Positions 28,511 through 38,502 are shown, numbered from the stretch's first letter. The stretch: 64,000 nt of DNA from Myxococcota bacterium (GCA_036229005.1 JAZAMN010000052.1:64001-128000), one strand, 5' to 3'. Notes: generated from the letters alone by a model not told the origin. Numbers and translations are program-made.

Positions 28511-29862
28511 TGGCCGCCCTGCGCCGTAGCCACGCCCTGGAGGGGCTGCAGTGCGCCCGCCGCCTCTGGTGGGGGCAGCGAGAGCCCCGCGCGCCCCACG
28601 TCCCGGACCCCCTGAGCCCGGCCGAGCAGGTGCACGCCGCCGCGCGGGAGGAGTTCCCCGACGGCGTGCGCATCCCCCAGTCATTGAGCTGGGATCAGGC
28701 GCTGGAGCAGACCCGCCAGGCCCTGGAGAGCGAGCGCGTGGTGTTCCGCGGGGCGCTGGAGGGCGCCGGTCTGCAGACCCGCCCCGACATCCTGCTGCGC
28801 CTCCCCAAGGGCGGCTGGCGCCTGATGCGGGTGAAGGCGGCCACCAAGATCCGCCGCGTCCACGTGCGCGAGCTGGCCCTGGAGTGGCTGGCCTGCGAGG
28901 CCCTGGGCATGGACATCCGCGAGGCCGGCGTGCTGCACCTGAACCGCCGCCACCGCCCAGAGCGCAACGAACCTCTGCTGCGCTTCTCCGACCGCAGCGA
29001 CAGCGTGCGCGAGCAGCTCCCCGAGCTCCCCGCCGAGCTGGAGGCCCTGCGCGCTGAGCTCGCCTTGGAGGAGGCCCCCGAGGCCCTGCCCGGCCGCCGC
29101 TGCTACTGGCCGCGCCCCTGCCCCTACCTGCGCCGCTGCAAGGCCCCCGAGCCCATCGAGCTGCCCGACGGCCCCGGCCCCCACGCCGCCATGGTGCGCG
29201 CCGCCCAGGAGCGGGAGACCCTGCTCGTCCTGCCCTCGCTCCGGGAGAAGATCCAGGCGGAGAGCGCGTACTTCCTGGATTTCGAGGCGGTGTCCCCGCC
29301 CATTCCGCGCTTCGAGGGCTGCCGCCCCTTCTCCACCCTGCCCGTGCAGTTCAGCCTGCACCGCCTGGAGGGCGACCAGCTCAGCCACGTGGACTTCCTG
29401 CACCGGGACCCCAGCGACCCCCGCCCTCCCCTGGCCCGGGCCCTGCTCGCCGCGCTGGAGCGCCCCGGCCCCATCTTTGTGTGGGGGGAGTTCGAGTCGC
29501 GCGTGATCCGCAAGCTCGGTCAGCACGAGCCGGAGCTGGCCCCCAGGCTCCAAGCCCTGGTGCACCGCCTGCGGGACCTGCAGGTGCTCGCGCGGGCCGG
29601 CGCCTGGCACCCGGGGTTCAGCGGCTCGTGGTCCATCAAGCGGGTCCTCCCTGTCCTCGCTCCGGGACACAGCTACGACGGGCTGGAGCTCAGCGACGGG
29701 GGTCAAGCGGTGCAGGCCTGGACCCACATGCAGCACGAGCGCACCTCCCCCGAGAGGAGAGAGGCTCTGGCGCGGAGCCTGCTGGCCTACTGCAACATGG
29801 ACACTCTGGCCCTGGTCCACATCCGAGAGGCTCTGCTCGCCGCCGAGGTCTTCATAGGGTGA
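28510..29862 (+). CDS. DUF2779 protein (Cas4-like Fe-S PD-(D/E)xK domain + RNase H-like DEDD exonuclease)
   Basis: QCARRLWW, PDIL, VKAATK, CYWPRPCPYLRRC; FLDFEA, PVQFSLH, DPR, SWSIKRVLP, AYCNMDT; TGATG coupling. Confidence 0.85.
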   Translation: MAALRRSHALEGLQCARRLWWGQREPRAPHVPDPLSPAEQVHAAAREEFPDGVRIPQSLSWDQALEQTRQALESERVVFRGALEGAGLQTRPDILLRLPKGGWRLMRVKAATKIRRVHVRELALEWLACEALGMDIREAGVLHLNRRHRPERNEPLLRFSDRSDSVREQLPELPAELEALRAELALEEAPEALPGRRCYWPRPCPYLRRCKAPEPIELPDGPGPHAAMVRAAQERETLLVLPSLREKIQAESAYFLDFEAVSPPIPRFEGCRPFSTLPVQFSLHRLEGDQLSHVDFLHRDPSDPRPPLARALLAALERPGPIFVWGEFESRVIRKLGQHEPELAPRLQALVHRLRDLQVLARAGAWHPGFSGSWSIKRVLPVLAPGHSYDGLELSDGGQAVQAWTHMQHERTSPERREALARSLLAYCNMDTLALVHIREALLAAEVFIG

Positions 29863-29903
29863 CCGGCCAACTGTGCTAGCCTGCCGGGCGGAGGACTCTG
29901 GGA

Positions 29904-31697
29904 ATGACCCTGCTTTGGATGCTTGCCTGCTTTCAGACCTGGACGGCCGAGAGCACCTGTCAGCAGGTCGTGCTCTTTGAGGACGCCGACGGTGACGGCC
30001 ATGGCGGTAGCGAGCGCTTTGCGGGGTGCCTGTCCGACTCCCCCTTCGCGGCCAGCGCGGAGAGCGACGACGACTGCGACGACAGCGACCCCGACGTGCA
30101 CCCGGGCGCGGCCGAGATCTGTGACGGCGTCGACCAGGACTGCGACGGCGCGGTGGACAACGGGGCGCAGCAGACCTTCTACGCAGACACCGACAGCGAC
30201 GGCTACGGCGACAGCGCCGAGAGCCACGTGGGCTGTGAGGCCGATGTCCCCTACGAGCGCTGGAGCCTGGAGCCCGGAGACTGCGACGACAGCCTGGCCA
30301 GCGTGCACCCCGGCGCCGACGAGCTCTGCGACGGCGTCGACCAGGACTGCGATGGCACCCCCGACAACGACGCCATCGACGCCACCAGCTACTACGGCGA
30401 CGCCGACGGGGATGGCTACGGGGACCCCGGCACGGTGGCCCTGCACTGCAGCGACCCGGGCACGCTGTGGTCGCTCAGCGCGGACGACTGCGACGACGGC
30501 GACAACAAGATCCACCCGGGGGCCAAGGAGATCTGCGACAACGGCGTGATGGAGGATTGCCTGGGCGGGGGCCTGGAGACCTGCCGGCTGGCCGGGGAGT
30601 ACAGCAGCTCCGACTACAGCGAATACACCCGCCTGGCCTGGCAGTCCGACGGACTGGCCGTCGCCATCGGCGAGATCAACGGCAGCTCGGGCCTGGACGT
30701 GGTGATCGTCAGCACCGCCAACACCGTGGCCTGGCTGGACGGCCTGAGCGAAGTCGTGGGCACCAGCACGCTCACCACCATGTCCCCCAGCGTGGCCATC
30801 GGGGAGCTGACCGGCAGCGAGCCCTCCGACCTGCTGATGGCCTCCTGTGAGTCCGGGAAGCTGTACCACCAGCCCGGCCCCCTGGACTACCCCAACCCCG
30901 AAGACGCCGACCCCATCGACATCGCGTGCGGCGGCGAGATCCTGCAGCTCGCGGTGGCCAGCGAGACCGCAGACGGCCCTCTGGCGGTGGTCGGGCACCC
31001 CTCCCCCGGCAAGTCCCTGGTGGCCGGCAGCGTGGAGCTCATCGGCGGAGACTGGAGCAGCGGCGCCGAGTCCCTGGTGCGGGTGACCGGCGAAGCCTCC
31101 AGCGACCTGGGGCGCAGCCTCTTGGTGGAGGACCTGAACGCTGACGGCGTGGACGACATCGTCGTGGCGGCCCAGGGCCAGCTCTACCTCCTCCAGGACG
31201 GGCTCTCGGGCGGCCTGGGGATCGCCGACAGCTACGCGCTCACCGCCAAGGTCCCCAACGAGATCCGCGCCCTCGCGCCGGCGGGCGATGCGCTGGGCGA
31301 CGGCAACCAGGGGCTCTGGATCGGCACCAGCCAGGGCGTCTGGCTCTGGGACGGCAAGGTCGGGGACGTGCAGGAGCTGGGCGTGCAGCTCGTCACCACC
31401 AAGATCACCGCCAGCGGCCAGCTCAGCGGCGGCGTGGACGTGGACAGCGACGGCCACGGGGACCTGCTGCTCGCGGGCTACGACCTCAGCTACGACGAGA
31501 CGGTCGCCCTCTTCCATGGCCCCTTCACCTCGGGCGCCTTCGAGCCCGAGGCCCTGATCGTGCACAGGGACGTCGACGCCTTCGGGAGTCAGGTCCTGCT
31601 CACCCCCGACCTCACCGGGGACGCCTCGGGTGACCTGCTCGTGACCGCCAACGGTGACCGCCCCGAGGTCTTCCTCTACGCAGGCGGTGGACTCTGA
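29904..31697 (+). CDS. Lipoprotein with putative metal-binding (MopE-related) repeats and FG-GAP-like repeats
   Basis: MTLLWMLAC; 3x DxDxDGxG/DCDD..HPGA.E.CD; DLNADGVDDI, DVDSDGHGDLL, DLTGDASGDLLV. Confidence 0.85.
   Translation: MTLLWMLACFQTWTAESTCQQVVLFEDADGDGHGGSERFAGCLSDSPFAASAESDDDCDDSDPDVHPGAAEICDGVDQDCDGAVDNGAQQTFYADTDSDGYGDSAESHVGCEADVPYERWSLEPGDCDDSLASVHPGADELCDGVDQDCDGTPDNDAIDATSYYGDADGDGYGDPGTVALHCSDPGTLWSLSADDCDDGDNKIHPGAKEICDNGVMEDCLGGGLETCRLAGEYSSSDYSEYTRLAWQSDGLAVAIGEINGSSGLDVVIVSTANTVAWLDGLSEVVGTSTLTTMSPSVAIGELTGSEPSDLLMASCESGKLYHQPGPLDYPNPEDADPIDIACGGEILQLAVASETADGPLAVVGHPSPGKSLVAGSVELIGGDWSSGAESLVRVTGEASSDLGRSLLVEDLNADGVDDIVVAAQGQLYLLQDGLSGGLGIADSYALTAKVPNEIRALAPAGDALGDGNQGLWIGTSQGVWLWDGKVGDVQELGVQLVTTKITASGQLSGGVDVDSDGHGDLLLAGYDLSYDETVALFHGPFTSGAFEPEALIVHRDVDAFGSQVLLTPDLTGDASGDLLVTANGDRPEVFLYAGGGL
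29980..30560 (+). repeat. Three intragenic ~65-70 aa metal-binding motif repeats
   Basis: GTGCACCC.GGCGC...GAG.TCTG.GACGGCGTCGACCAGGACTGCGA.GGC is near-identical at ~30096 and ~30303; third copy at ~30510. Confidence 0.8.
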
Positions 31698-31723
31698 GTC
31701 CCCAGCCCACCCGGCACCGACTG

Positions 31724-32617
31724 GTGAACCGGGACGGGACCGTCTCCCGCCTCAAGGGCGCGGAGGCCCCCGGCGCGCTGCTGGACGTCTACCACCAGAT
31801 GCTCCAGATCCACTGGGGCGGCTTCCTGGCGGTGCTGGCCGCTGGCTACTTTGGCCTGAACACCGCCTTCGCCCTGCTCTACGGCCTGGACCCCGCCGGC
31901 CTGCCAGGCGCCGAGGGCTTCAACGACTTCTTCAACTTCTCGATCCAGACCTTCGCCACCATCGGCTACGGCGTGCTGTCCCCGGCCAGCACCTACGTCA
32001 ACTTCCTGGTCGCCTTCGAGTCCTTCATCGGCGTGCTCTACGTGGCTCTGGCCACGGGCCTTGTGTTCGCCCGCTTCTCCCGCCCCGTCGCCCGCGTCAC
32101 CTTCACCAACAGCGCCGTCGTCAACTGCACCGACGGCAGCCCCCAGCTCAAGTTCAAGGTGCGCAACCAGCGCGCCAACCAGATCGTCGAGGCCCGGATC
32201 CACGTCACCCTGCTCAAGCGCGAGCGGCTCGCGGACGGCAGCAGCTTCATGCGCTTCCACGACCTGCCCCTGGTGCGGGACAGCAGCCCCTTCTTTGTCC
32301 TGAGCTGGCAGGTCATGCACCCGCTCACCCCCGACAGCCCCCTCTACGGCGTCACCCCCCAGGAGCTGGCCACCTGGGACGCGGAGCTCCTGGTCACGCT
32401 GGTCGGCACCGACGGCACCATGAACCAGCAGATCCACGCCCGCCACAGCTTCCTGACCAGCGAGATCCTCTTTGGGCGGCGCATGGCCGACGTGATCGTC
32501 AGGAGAGGGGCTGAGACCGTGCTCAACTGGGAGAACTTCCACCTCACCGAGCCCTTGGCCCCCGAGCTCGGGTTGCCCCCCTGGTGCGGCGAGGACACGC
32601 GTAGCCTGACGGACTGA
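31724..32617 (+). CDS. Inward-rectifier potassium channel (KirBac); start possibly CTG 31694
   Basis: FSIQTFATIGYG filter, GLVFARFSRP, RNQRANQIVEA, SWQVMHPLTPDSPLYG. Confidence 0.93.
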   Translation: MNRDGTVSRLKGAEAPGALLDVYHQMLQIHWGGFLAVLAAGYFGLNTAFALLYGLDPAGLPGAEGFNDFFNFSIQTFATIGYGVLSPASTYVNFLVAFESFIGVLYVALATGLVFARFSRPVARVTFTNSAVVNCTDGSPQLKFKVRNQRANQIVEARIHVTLLKRERLADGSSFMRFHDLPLVRDSSPFFVLSWQVMHPLTPDSPLYGVTPQELATWDAELLVTLVGTDGTMNQQIHARHSFLTSEILFGRRMADVIVRRGAETVLNWENFHLTEPLAPELGLPPWCGEDTRSLTD

Positions 32618-32620
32618 AGC

Positions 32621-33193
32621 TCAGCCTTCAGCCGGCGGCCTCCGCGGCAACAGCAGGTCCTCCAGGAACCAGGCCGCCAGCTCCGCGCGGTTCCCCAGGC
32701 CCGCCTTCTTGTAGACCGCCTGCGCCTGCTGGCGCACGGTGCGGTCGCTGGTGCCCCGGACCTCGGCGATCTCCTTGGTCGCCAGCCCCTTGAGCAGCAG
32801 CAGAGCGACCTCGGCCTCGGCGGGGCTCAGGTCCCAGCGCTCGAACTGCTGGTCGATCACCTCGCCCAGCGCCTGCAGCGCGTTGTGGGCCTCCCGCTTC
32901 CAGCGCGAGGCCTCGGCCTCCAGCGCCTGGGAGCGGGCCTGGGCCTTCTCCAGGCCCGAGAGCGCGTGCGTGAGCGCCTCCCGCTGGCGGCGCGCCCGGC
33001 GGGCGTAGAGCACGATGGTCCCGGTCGCGCCGGCGAGCGCCGCGAGCATCGCGACGCCCTCCATCCCCAGGTGGAGCTGGTCCACCCCCTCCCGGAAATC
33101 CTGCACTTGATCGATGCCGATCAGCAGCGAGATCAAGAGGAACGCCCCCAGCGTGAGGAGGGGGGGCCATTTGACGGATTGCTCGTCAGACAC
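32621..33193 (-). CDS. Membrane-anchored LuxR-family HTH regulator
   Basis: 2 TM helices, coiled coil, LSPAEAEVALLLLKGLATKEIAEVRGTSDRTVRQQAQAVYKK; AAGGAAGG before GTG 33193. Confidence 0.88.
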   Translation of the reverse strand: MSDEQSVKWPPLLTLGAFLLISLLIGIDQVQDFREGVDQLHLGMEGVAMLAALAGATGTIVLYARRARRQREALTHALSGLEKAQARSQALEAEASRWKREAHNALQALGEVIDQQFERWDLSPAEAEVALLLLKGLATKEIAEVRGTSDRTVRQQAQAVYKKAGLGNRAELAAWFLEDLLLPRRPPAEG

Positions 33194-33287
33194 CAGGTCC
33201 TTCCTTGCCTTTGGTGATGCAGACAGATGTCGCATGGTGGGGAGCCCGGCTGGGGTCTACCCAGGAGCCCTCAGCCGCTGGGAACCC

Positions 33288-34433
33288 ATGTACCTGATCC
33301 TCACCGCCTCGGCCCTCGCGGGCCCGTTGAACTGGGAGAGCCTCCCCGAGCAGAGCCTCGATGCCTGGGGCGCCGGCCCGGGGGGCGCCGCCAGCGTCCA
33401 GCTCGAGTGGATGGACACGGCCACCCGCAGAGCCCTGCCCGGCCCCGACAGCCTGCGGGCCGAGGTCCAAGCGGGCGACCCCGCGAACGAACAGCAGCTC
33501 CTGGCGCTGTCCATGCCGCTGAGCCTGGGGATCTACGAGCGCCAGCTCTGGGCCCACGCCGAGGCCGCCATCGCCCAGGACGCCCAGGCGGCGCGCTGGG
33601 CCTGGGTGGCGCAGGCGGAGCAGGCCTACGGGGCCTGGTGGCTGGAGGCTTCGCTGCTGGGGCACCTGCGGGAGCTGATCGCCGAGGGCAGCGCACAGCT
33701 CGACCGCCTGGAGCAGGCCGCCCAGGCCGGGCTGGTCTCCCCCGCCACCCTGGATGACATGCGGGCGGCGCTGGCCACGCGCAAGACGGAGCTGGCGCAG
33801 GTCGAGCGCGCCGAGCTCGCCGCCCGGGGGACCCTGCGGACCTACTTCCCCGACGCTGAGCTGGACCTGAGCCTGGGCAGCCTGCCCGAGGCCAACCCCT
33901 GGCCGGCCCTGCAGCCGCAGATCCCCGACTTCCCCCAGCTCCGGCAGCACCAGGCCGCCGCCAGCCAGGCCCGCGCCCAGGCGCACCTGGCCCAGAGCCA
34001 GCGCCTGCCCACCCTGAGCGTGGGCCCCATGCGCGCCGGCGACACCAGCTTCCTGTACGCCGAGCTCAGCCTGCCCCTGGACAGCGGCGCGGGCAGCGAG
34101 CGGGCGGCCGCGATGGGGGTCGCGCAGGCTGAAGAGCGCCGCAGCGACTGGACCCGCACCCAGCTCGAGGCCGAGCTGGCCCTGGAGGCCGAGCGCTACG
34201 CCGCCCTGCTCTCCCAGCGGGCCCGCTTCGAGGGCGAGGTCCTCACCCCCCTGCGCGCCCGCCAAGCGCGCCTGGAGGCCGGTCTGGAGGCCGGCCTGGT
34301 GCCCCTGGAGCGCGCGCTGCGGGGCCGCCAGGACTGGCACGAGGCCGAGCACGCCTGGCTCGCGCTCCAGGCCGAGCTCCAGAGCAGCGCCCTGAGCGCC
34401 ACCACCTTCGCCCTGCTCCTTGAGGAGTCCTGA
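33288..34433 (+). CDS. TolC-family outer membrane efflux factor (CzcC-like)
   Basis: Helical OMF pattern (AGLVSPATL, RLPTLSVG, LSLPL, AGLVPLERAL); first gene of the CBA operon. Confidence 0.78.
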   Translation: MYLILTASALAGPLNWESLPEQSLDAWGAGPGGAASVQLEWMDTATRRALPGPDSLRAEVQAGDPANEQQLLALSMPLSLGIYERQLWAHAEAAIAQDAQAARWAWVAQAEQAYGAWWLEASLLGHLRELIAEGSAQLDRLEQAAQAGLVSPATLDDMRAALATRKTELAQVERAELAARGTLRTYFPDAELDLSLGSLPEANPWPALQPQIPDFPQLRQHQAAASQARAQAHLAQSQRLPTLSVGPMRAGDTSFLYAELSLPLDSGAGSERAAAMGVAQAEERRSDWTRTQLEAELALEAERYAALLSQRARFEGEVLTPLRARQARLEAGLEAGLVPLERALRGRQDWHEAEHAWLALQAELQSSALSATTFALLLEES

Positions 34434-35467
34434 TGTCCCCTCTGTTCGCCCTCACCCTGGCCTGCGCTTCCCCAGAACCCCAGGCCACCCAGCCGCCCGC
34501 TGCGCTGGAGGACCGCATCGCCTGGGCCCAGCCAACCGCCGTCCGCGAGGTCCCCATCGCCACGCTGTTCGCGCAGGTGGTCAGCGGGCCCGACGGGGCC
34601 ATCGCCCTGAGCCCCGGGGTGAGCGGGCGCATCCTGAGCTGGCGCGTGGCCCCCGGAGCGCACATCCAGGCCGGCGACCCCCTGGCCGTGCTGGTCTCCC
34701 CCGAGCTCAGCGACCTGACCGCCCAGGTCCAGAGCCTGCAGGCCCAGCTCACCCAGAGCCGCGCCCTGCTGGCCACCCGCGAGCAGGAGCACGCCGCCGG
34801 GCTGATCAGCCTCAGCGCGCTCCGCGAGTCCCAGAGCGAGGTCCAGCGCCTGGAGGCCGAGCTCTCCGCCCAGGACCAGCGCCTCAAGGCACACCAAGAC
34901 GGCCTGGCGCGCAGCGGGCAGAGCTGGACCTGGCGCGCCCGCGTCAGCGGAACGGTGTCCTCGCTGGGCTGCCCAGTCGGCAATGTGGACAGCGCCGATC
35001 GCTGCCTGACGGTGTTGGCGGAGGGTGGAGACCCCCTGCTGGAGCTGTCCCTCCCCGAGCGCTACCTGGACCACGCCCAGGGGCCGCTGCGGGCGGAGTT
35101 CGTGGCAGAGGGCGGGCAGAGCAGCCGCTTCACCGAGCTCAGCCGCACCCCCACCCTGGACCCGCGCACCCGCGCCCAGACCCTGCGCTTCTCCCCCACC
35201 GGCGAGGCCCCCCTCCCGGGACGCAGCGGCCGCGCCACCCTCTGGTCTCCTCAGGAGGCGGTGGGTGTGCCCCCTCAGGCTCTGTCGCTCATCGACGGGG
35301 GCGACGTGGTGTTCGTGCAGGGCGCAGAGGGTCCTGAGCCCCGCGAGGTCACGCTGCTGGGGGCCTCCGAGACCCAGCGCTTCATCTCGGGGGTCTCCCC
35401 GGACGAACAGGTGGCGGTCCAGGGCGTGTTCCTGCTCAAGAGCCTGCTGCTCTCGGAGGCGCTGTGA
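34433..35467 (+). CDS. RND membrane fusion protein (CzcB/CusB-like)
   Basis: Lipobox; SPGVSGRI..VAPGAHIQAGDPLAVLVSPEL; RARVSGTV; VAVQGVFLLKS. Confidence 0.88.
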   Translation: MSPLFALTLACASPEPQATQPPAALEDRIAWAQPTAVREVPIATLFAQVVSGPDGAIALSPGVSGRILSWRVAPGAHIQAGDPLAVLVSPELSDLTAQVQSLQAQLTQSRALLATREQEHAAGLISLSALRESQSEVQRLEAELSAQDQRLKAHQDGLARSGQSWTWRARVSGTVSSLGCPVGNVDSADRCLTVLAEGGDPLLELSLPERYLDHAQGPLRAEFVAEGGQSSRFTELSRTPTLDPRTRAQTLRFSPTGEAPLPGRSGRATLWSPQEAVGVPPQALSLIDGGDVVFVQGAEGPEPREVTLLGASETQRFISGVSPDEQVAVQGVFLLKSLLLSEAL

Positions 35468-38400
35468 GCCTGCTGTCCGCCCTGATTGAAGCCTCGGTGC
35501 GCCACCGGGTGCTGGTCCTGGCCCTGACCCTGCTGGGGGTGCTCGGGGGCGCGCTGTCCATGCAGCGGCTCACCTTCGACGCCTTCCCGGACCTGACCAA
35601 CACCCAGGTGCAGGTGCTCACCAGCAGCGGCGGCCTGGGCTCCGAGGAGGTCGAGCTGCTGGTCACCCTGCCCGTGGAGCGCTCGCTGCAGGGCATCCCC
35701 GGGATCGCCGAGCTGCGCTCGGTCTCGCGGCCTGGGGTGTCTTCGGTGACGGTGGTGTTCGAGGAGGGCACGGACCCCAACCTGGCCCGCCAGTGGGTCA
35801 AGGAGCGGGTGGATCTGGCCCGCGAGGACATCCCCCCGGGGCTGGGCAGTCCGGAGCTGGCGCCTCCCACCACCGGCCTGGGTGAGGTCTACCAGTTCAC
35901 GGTCGCCAGCGACTCCCGCAGCCCCAGCAGCCTCTACGGCGTGTTCCGCGCCGACATCGCGCCGCGCATCCAGGCCCTGGACGGCGTGGTCGAGGTGAAC
36001 GCCTGGGGCGGCGGCGAGCCCCAGTTGGACGTGGTGATCGACCCCTGGGCCCTGGCCGCCCGGGGCCTGACCCTGCCCGACGTCGAGGCCGCCCTGCAGG
36101 CCGCCGTGGGTGTGGAGTCCGGGGGCTCACTGGAGGCCGGCAGCGAGCGCGCCAGCCTGCGCGTGATCGGGAACCCGGACACCCCCGAGGCCCTGGCGGA
36201 GCTCCCGCTGGCCCCCAGCGTGCGCCTGGGGGACGTCGCGGAGATCCGGGACTCCGGCTCGCTGACGGTGGGCCTGGGCACCGCGGACGGCGAGGGCGAG
36301 GTGGTCTTCGCGGTGGTCCAGTTGCTGGCTGGCGCGGACGCCCGCAGCGTGTCCCGGGAGGTCCAGGAGCGGGTGGCCGAGATCCAGGCCTCTCTGCCCG
36401 ACGACGTGCGCATCGAGCCCATCTACGAGCGCGAGAAGCTGGTGGGCAGCACCCTGCACACCGTGGCGAAGTCCCTGACCGAGGGCGGCCTGTTGGTCAT
36501 CCTGGTCCTGCTGCTCCTCCTGGGGGACCTGCGGGCGGGGCTGGTGGTGGCCTCGGTCATCCCCATGGCCCTGCTGGGGGCCTTCGTGGGGCTGAACACC
36601 CTGGGCTACTCGGGCAACCTGATGTCCCTGGGGGCCATCGACTTTGGGCTGGTGGTGGATGGGACCATCGTGGTCGTGGAGTCCATCGTGGCCCTGCAGC
36701 TCGCGGCCAACCAGTCCCTGCGGGAGGCCGTGGTGCAGAGCACCCGGAGCGTGGCCCGCCCGGTGCTGTTCGCCGTGGGGATCCTGCTGCTGGTCTACCT
36801 GCCGGTGCTCGCGATGGTGGGCACCGAGGGCCGCCTGTTCCGGCCCATGGCCGTCACCGTGCTGATGGCCCTGGCGACCGCGCTGCTGCTGAGCTTCACC
36901 TATGTGCCGGCCATCTCCAGCTTCCTGGTCAAGCCCAGGGGCGACCACAGCACCTGGCTGCTCGCCAAGGCCCGCGCGCTCCATGGCCCGCTGCTGGACG
37001 CCGCGATGGCGCGGCCCAAGGTGACCATCGCGGTGGGCGCGCTGGCGATCACCGGCACCCTGGCTCTGGGCACCACCCTGGGCGTGGAGTTCGTGCCGCG
37101 CCTGGAGGAGGGGGACCTGGCCATCCAGACCGCGCGGCTGCCCTCCATCTCGCCGGCCATGGCCAAGGCCGAGTCCACCCGCATCGAGCGCATCATCCAG
37201 CAGTTCCCCGAGGTCGAGCGCATCGCGTCCCGCACCGGGTCCCCCGCCCTGGCCACCGACCCCATGGGCATGGAGGAGGCCGACATCCTGGTGCGCCTGC
37301 GGCCCATGGACCAGTGGGAGACCGCCGCCGACACCGAGGGCCTCACGGCCGCCTTCGAGGCCGCCCTGCGAGCGGGCGCCCCCGGCCCCGAGTACACCTT
37401 CACCCAGCCCATCCAGATGCGCTTCAACGAGCTGCTGGAGGGCATCACCAGCGACGTGGGTGTGTCCATCTACGGCAGCGATCTGGACGCCCTGCTCCTG
37501 GCCGGCCAGCAGGTCGCGGCGGCCCTGGAGTCGGTGGACGGCGCCGCCGACGTGGTGGCCCCCAGCCTGGAAGGCCTGGCCGTCGTGGATCTGGAGCTGC
37601 AGCCCGAGCGCCTGGCCCGCCTGGACAGCGATCCGGTGGCCGCCCGCATGATGGTGGCCGCGGTGCAGCGCGGCGTGCCGGTGACCCAGGTGATCCGCGG
37701 TCAGTACCAGGACCCGGTGGTGCTCAAGATCGACGCGCCCAAGCACGTCTCGCTGCTGGACCTGCCCCTGGCGACCCCGGCGGGCGTGGTGAGCATGGGG
37801 GACGTGCTCAGCCTGTCCTCGGGCCAGCGGGCGGCTGTCGTGGAGCGCGATGCGGGCAGTCGCCGGGTGGTGGTCCAAGCCAATGTGCGGGGCCGAGATC
37901 TGGGCTCCTTCATGGAGGACGCGCAGCGCGCAGTGGACGGCGTGGCGCTCCCCGACGGCTACTGGGTGAGCTGGTCCGGCGAGTACGAGCAGCTCCGGGA
38001 GGCCAGCGACCGCCTGGCGCTCACCCTGCCCCTGACGCTGATCGCCGTGATGGTGATGCTCTACTACGCGTTCGCCTCCTGGAGGCCCGCCGCGCTGATC
38101 CTGCTGGCCGTCCCCGCGGCGGTCTCGGGCGGCATCCTGGCGCTGATGGGGCGCGGGCTGCCGCTATCGATGTCAGCGATCGTGGGCTTCATCGCCCTGT
38201 CCGGCATCGCCGTGATGAACGGCATCGTGCTGCTCTCGCGCACCCGCGAGCTGCATCGGCAGACCACCAGCCAACAGGCCGCCCTGGAGTCCGCCCGCGA
38301 GCGCTTCCGGCCGGTGCTGATGACCGCGCTGGTGGCGGGGATCGGGTTCGTCCCGATGGCCCTGGCGCAGGGGGTCGGCGCCGAGGTGCAGCGGCCCCTG

Positions 38401-38502
38401 GCGACGGTGGTGATCGGTGGGCTGCTGACGGCAACGCCCGTCACTCTGCTGGTGCTGCCGTCGATCTACGGGCTGCTGTTCAAGGGGGAGGACCCAGCCT
38501 GA
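35464..38502 (+). CDS. czcA: Heavy-metal efflux RND permease (CusA/CzcA family)
   Basis: DAFPDLTNTQVQV, TTGLGEVYQF, NLMSLGAIDFGLVVDG, RFRPVLMTA, GAEVQRPLATVVIGG. Confidence 0.9.
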   Translation: MSLLSALIEASVRHRVLVLALTLLGVLGGALSMQRLTFDAFPDLTNTQVQVLTSSGGLGSEEVELLVTLPVERSLQGIPGIAELRSVSRPGVSSVTVVFEEGTDPNLARQWVKERVDLAREDIPPGLGSPELAPPTTGLGEVYQFTVASDSRSPSSLYGVFRADIAPRIQALDGVVEVNAWGGGEPQLDVVIDPWALAARGLTLPDVEAALQAAVGVESGGSLEAGSERASLRVIGNPDTPEALAELPLAPSVRLGDVAEIRDSGSLTVGLGTADGEGEVVFAVVQLLAGADARSVSREVQERVAEIQASLPDDVRIEPIYEREKLVGSTLHTVAKSLTEGGLLVILVLLLLLGDLRAGLVVASVIPMALLGAFVGLNTLGYSGNLMSLGAIDFGLVVDGTIVVVESIVALQLAANQSLREAVVQSTRSVARPVLFAVGILLLVYLPVLAMVGTEGRLFRPMAVTVLMALATALLLSFTYVPAISSFLVKPRGDHSTWLLAKARALHGPLLDAAMARPKVTIAVGALAITGTLALGTTLGVEFVPRLEEGDLAIQTARLPSISPAMAKAESTRIERIIQQFPEVERIASRTGSPALATDPMGMEEADILVRLRPMDQWETAADTEGLTAAFEAALRAGAPGPEYTFTQPIQMRFNELLEGITSDVGVSIYGSDLDALLLAGQQVAAALESVDGAADVVAPSLEGLAVVDLELQPERLARLDSDPVAARMMVAAVQRGVPVTQVIRGQYQDPVVLKIDAPKHVSLLDLPLATPAGVVSMGDVLSLSSGQRAAVVERDAGSRRVVVQANVRGRDLGSFMEDAQRAVDGVALPDGYWVSWSGEYEQLREASDRLALTLPLTLIAVMVMLYYAFASWRPAALILLAVPAAVSGGILALMGRGLPLSMSAIVGFIALSGIAVMNGIVLLSRTRELHRQTTSQQAALESARERFRPVLMTALVAGIGFVPMALAQGVGAEVQRPLATVVIGGLLTATPVTLLVLPSIYGLLFKGEDPA

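Noticed and set aside
28510..29862. CRISPR-Cas locus suggested by the Cas4-like domain and prim-pol
   Set aside because: No repeat-spacer array, cas1 or cas2 seen in the window
29980..30560. Spaced direct DNA repeats as a possible CRISPR or mobile repeat
   Set aside because: They are in-frame coding repeats of the metal-binding motif
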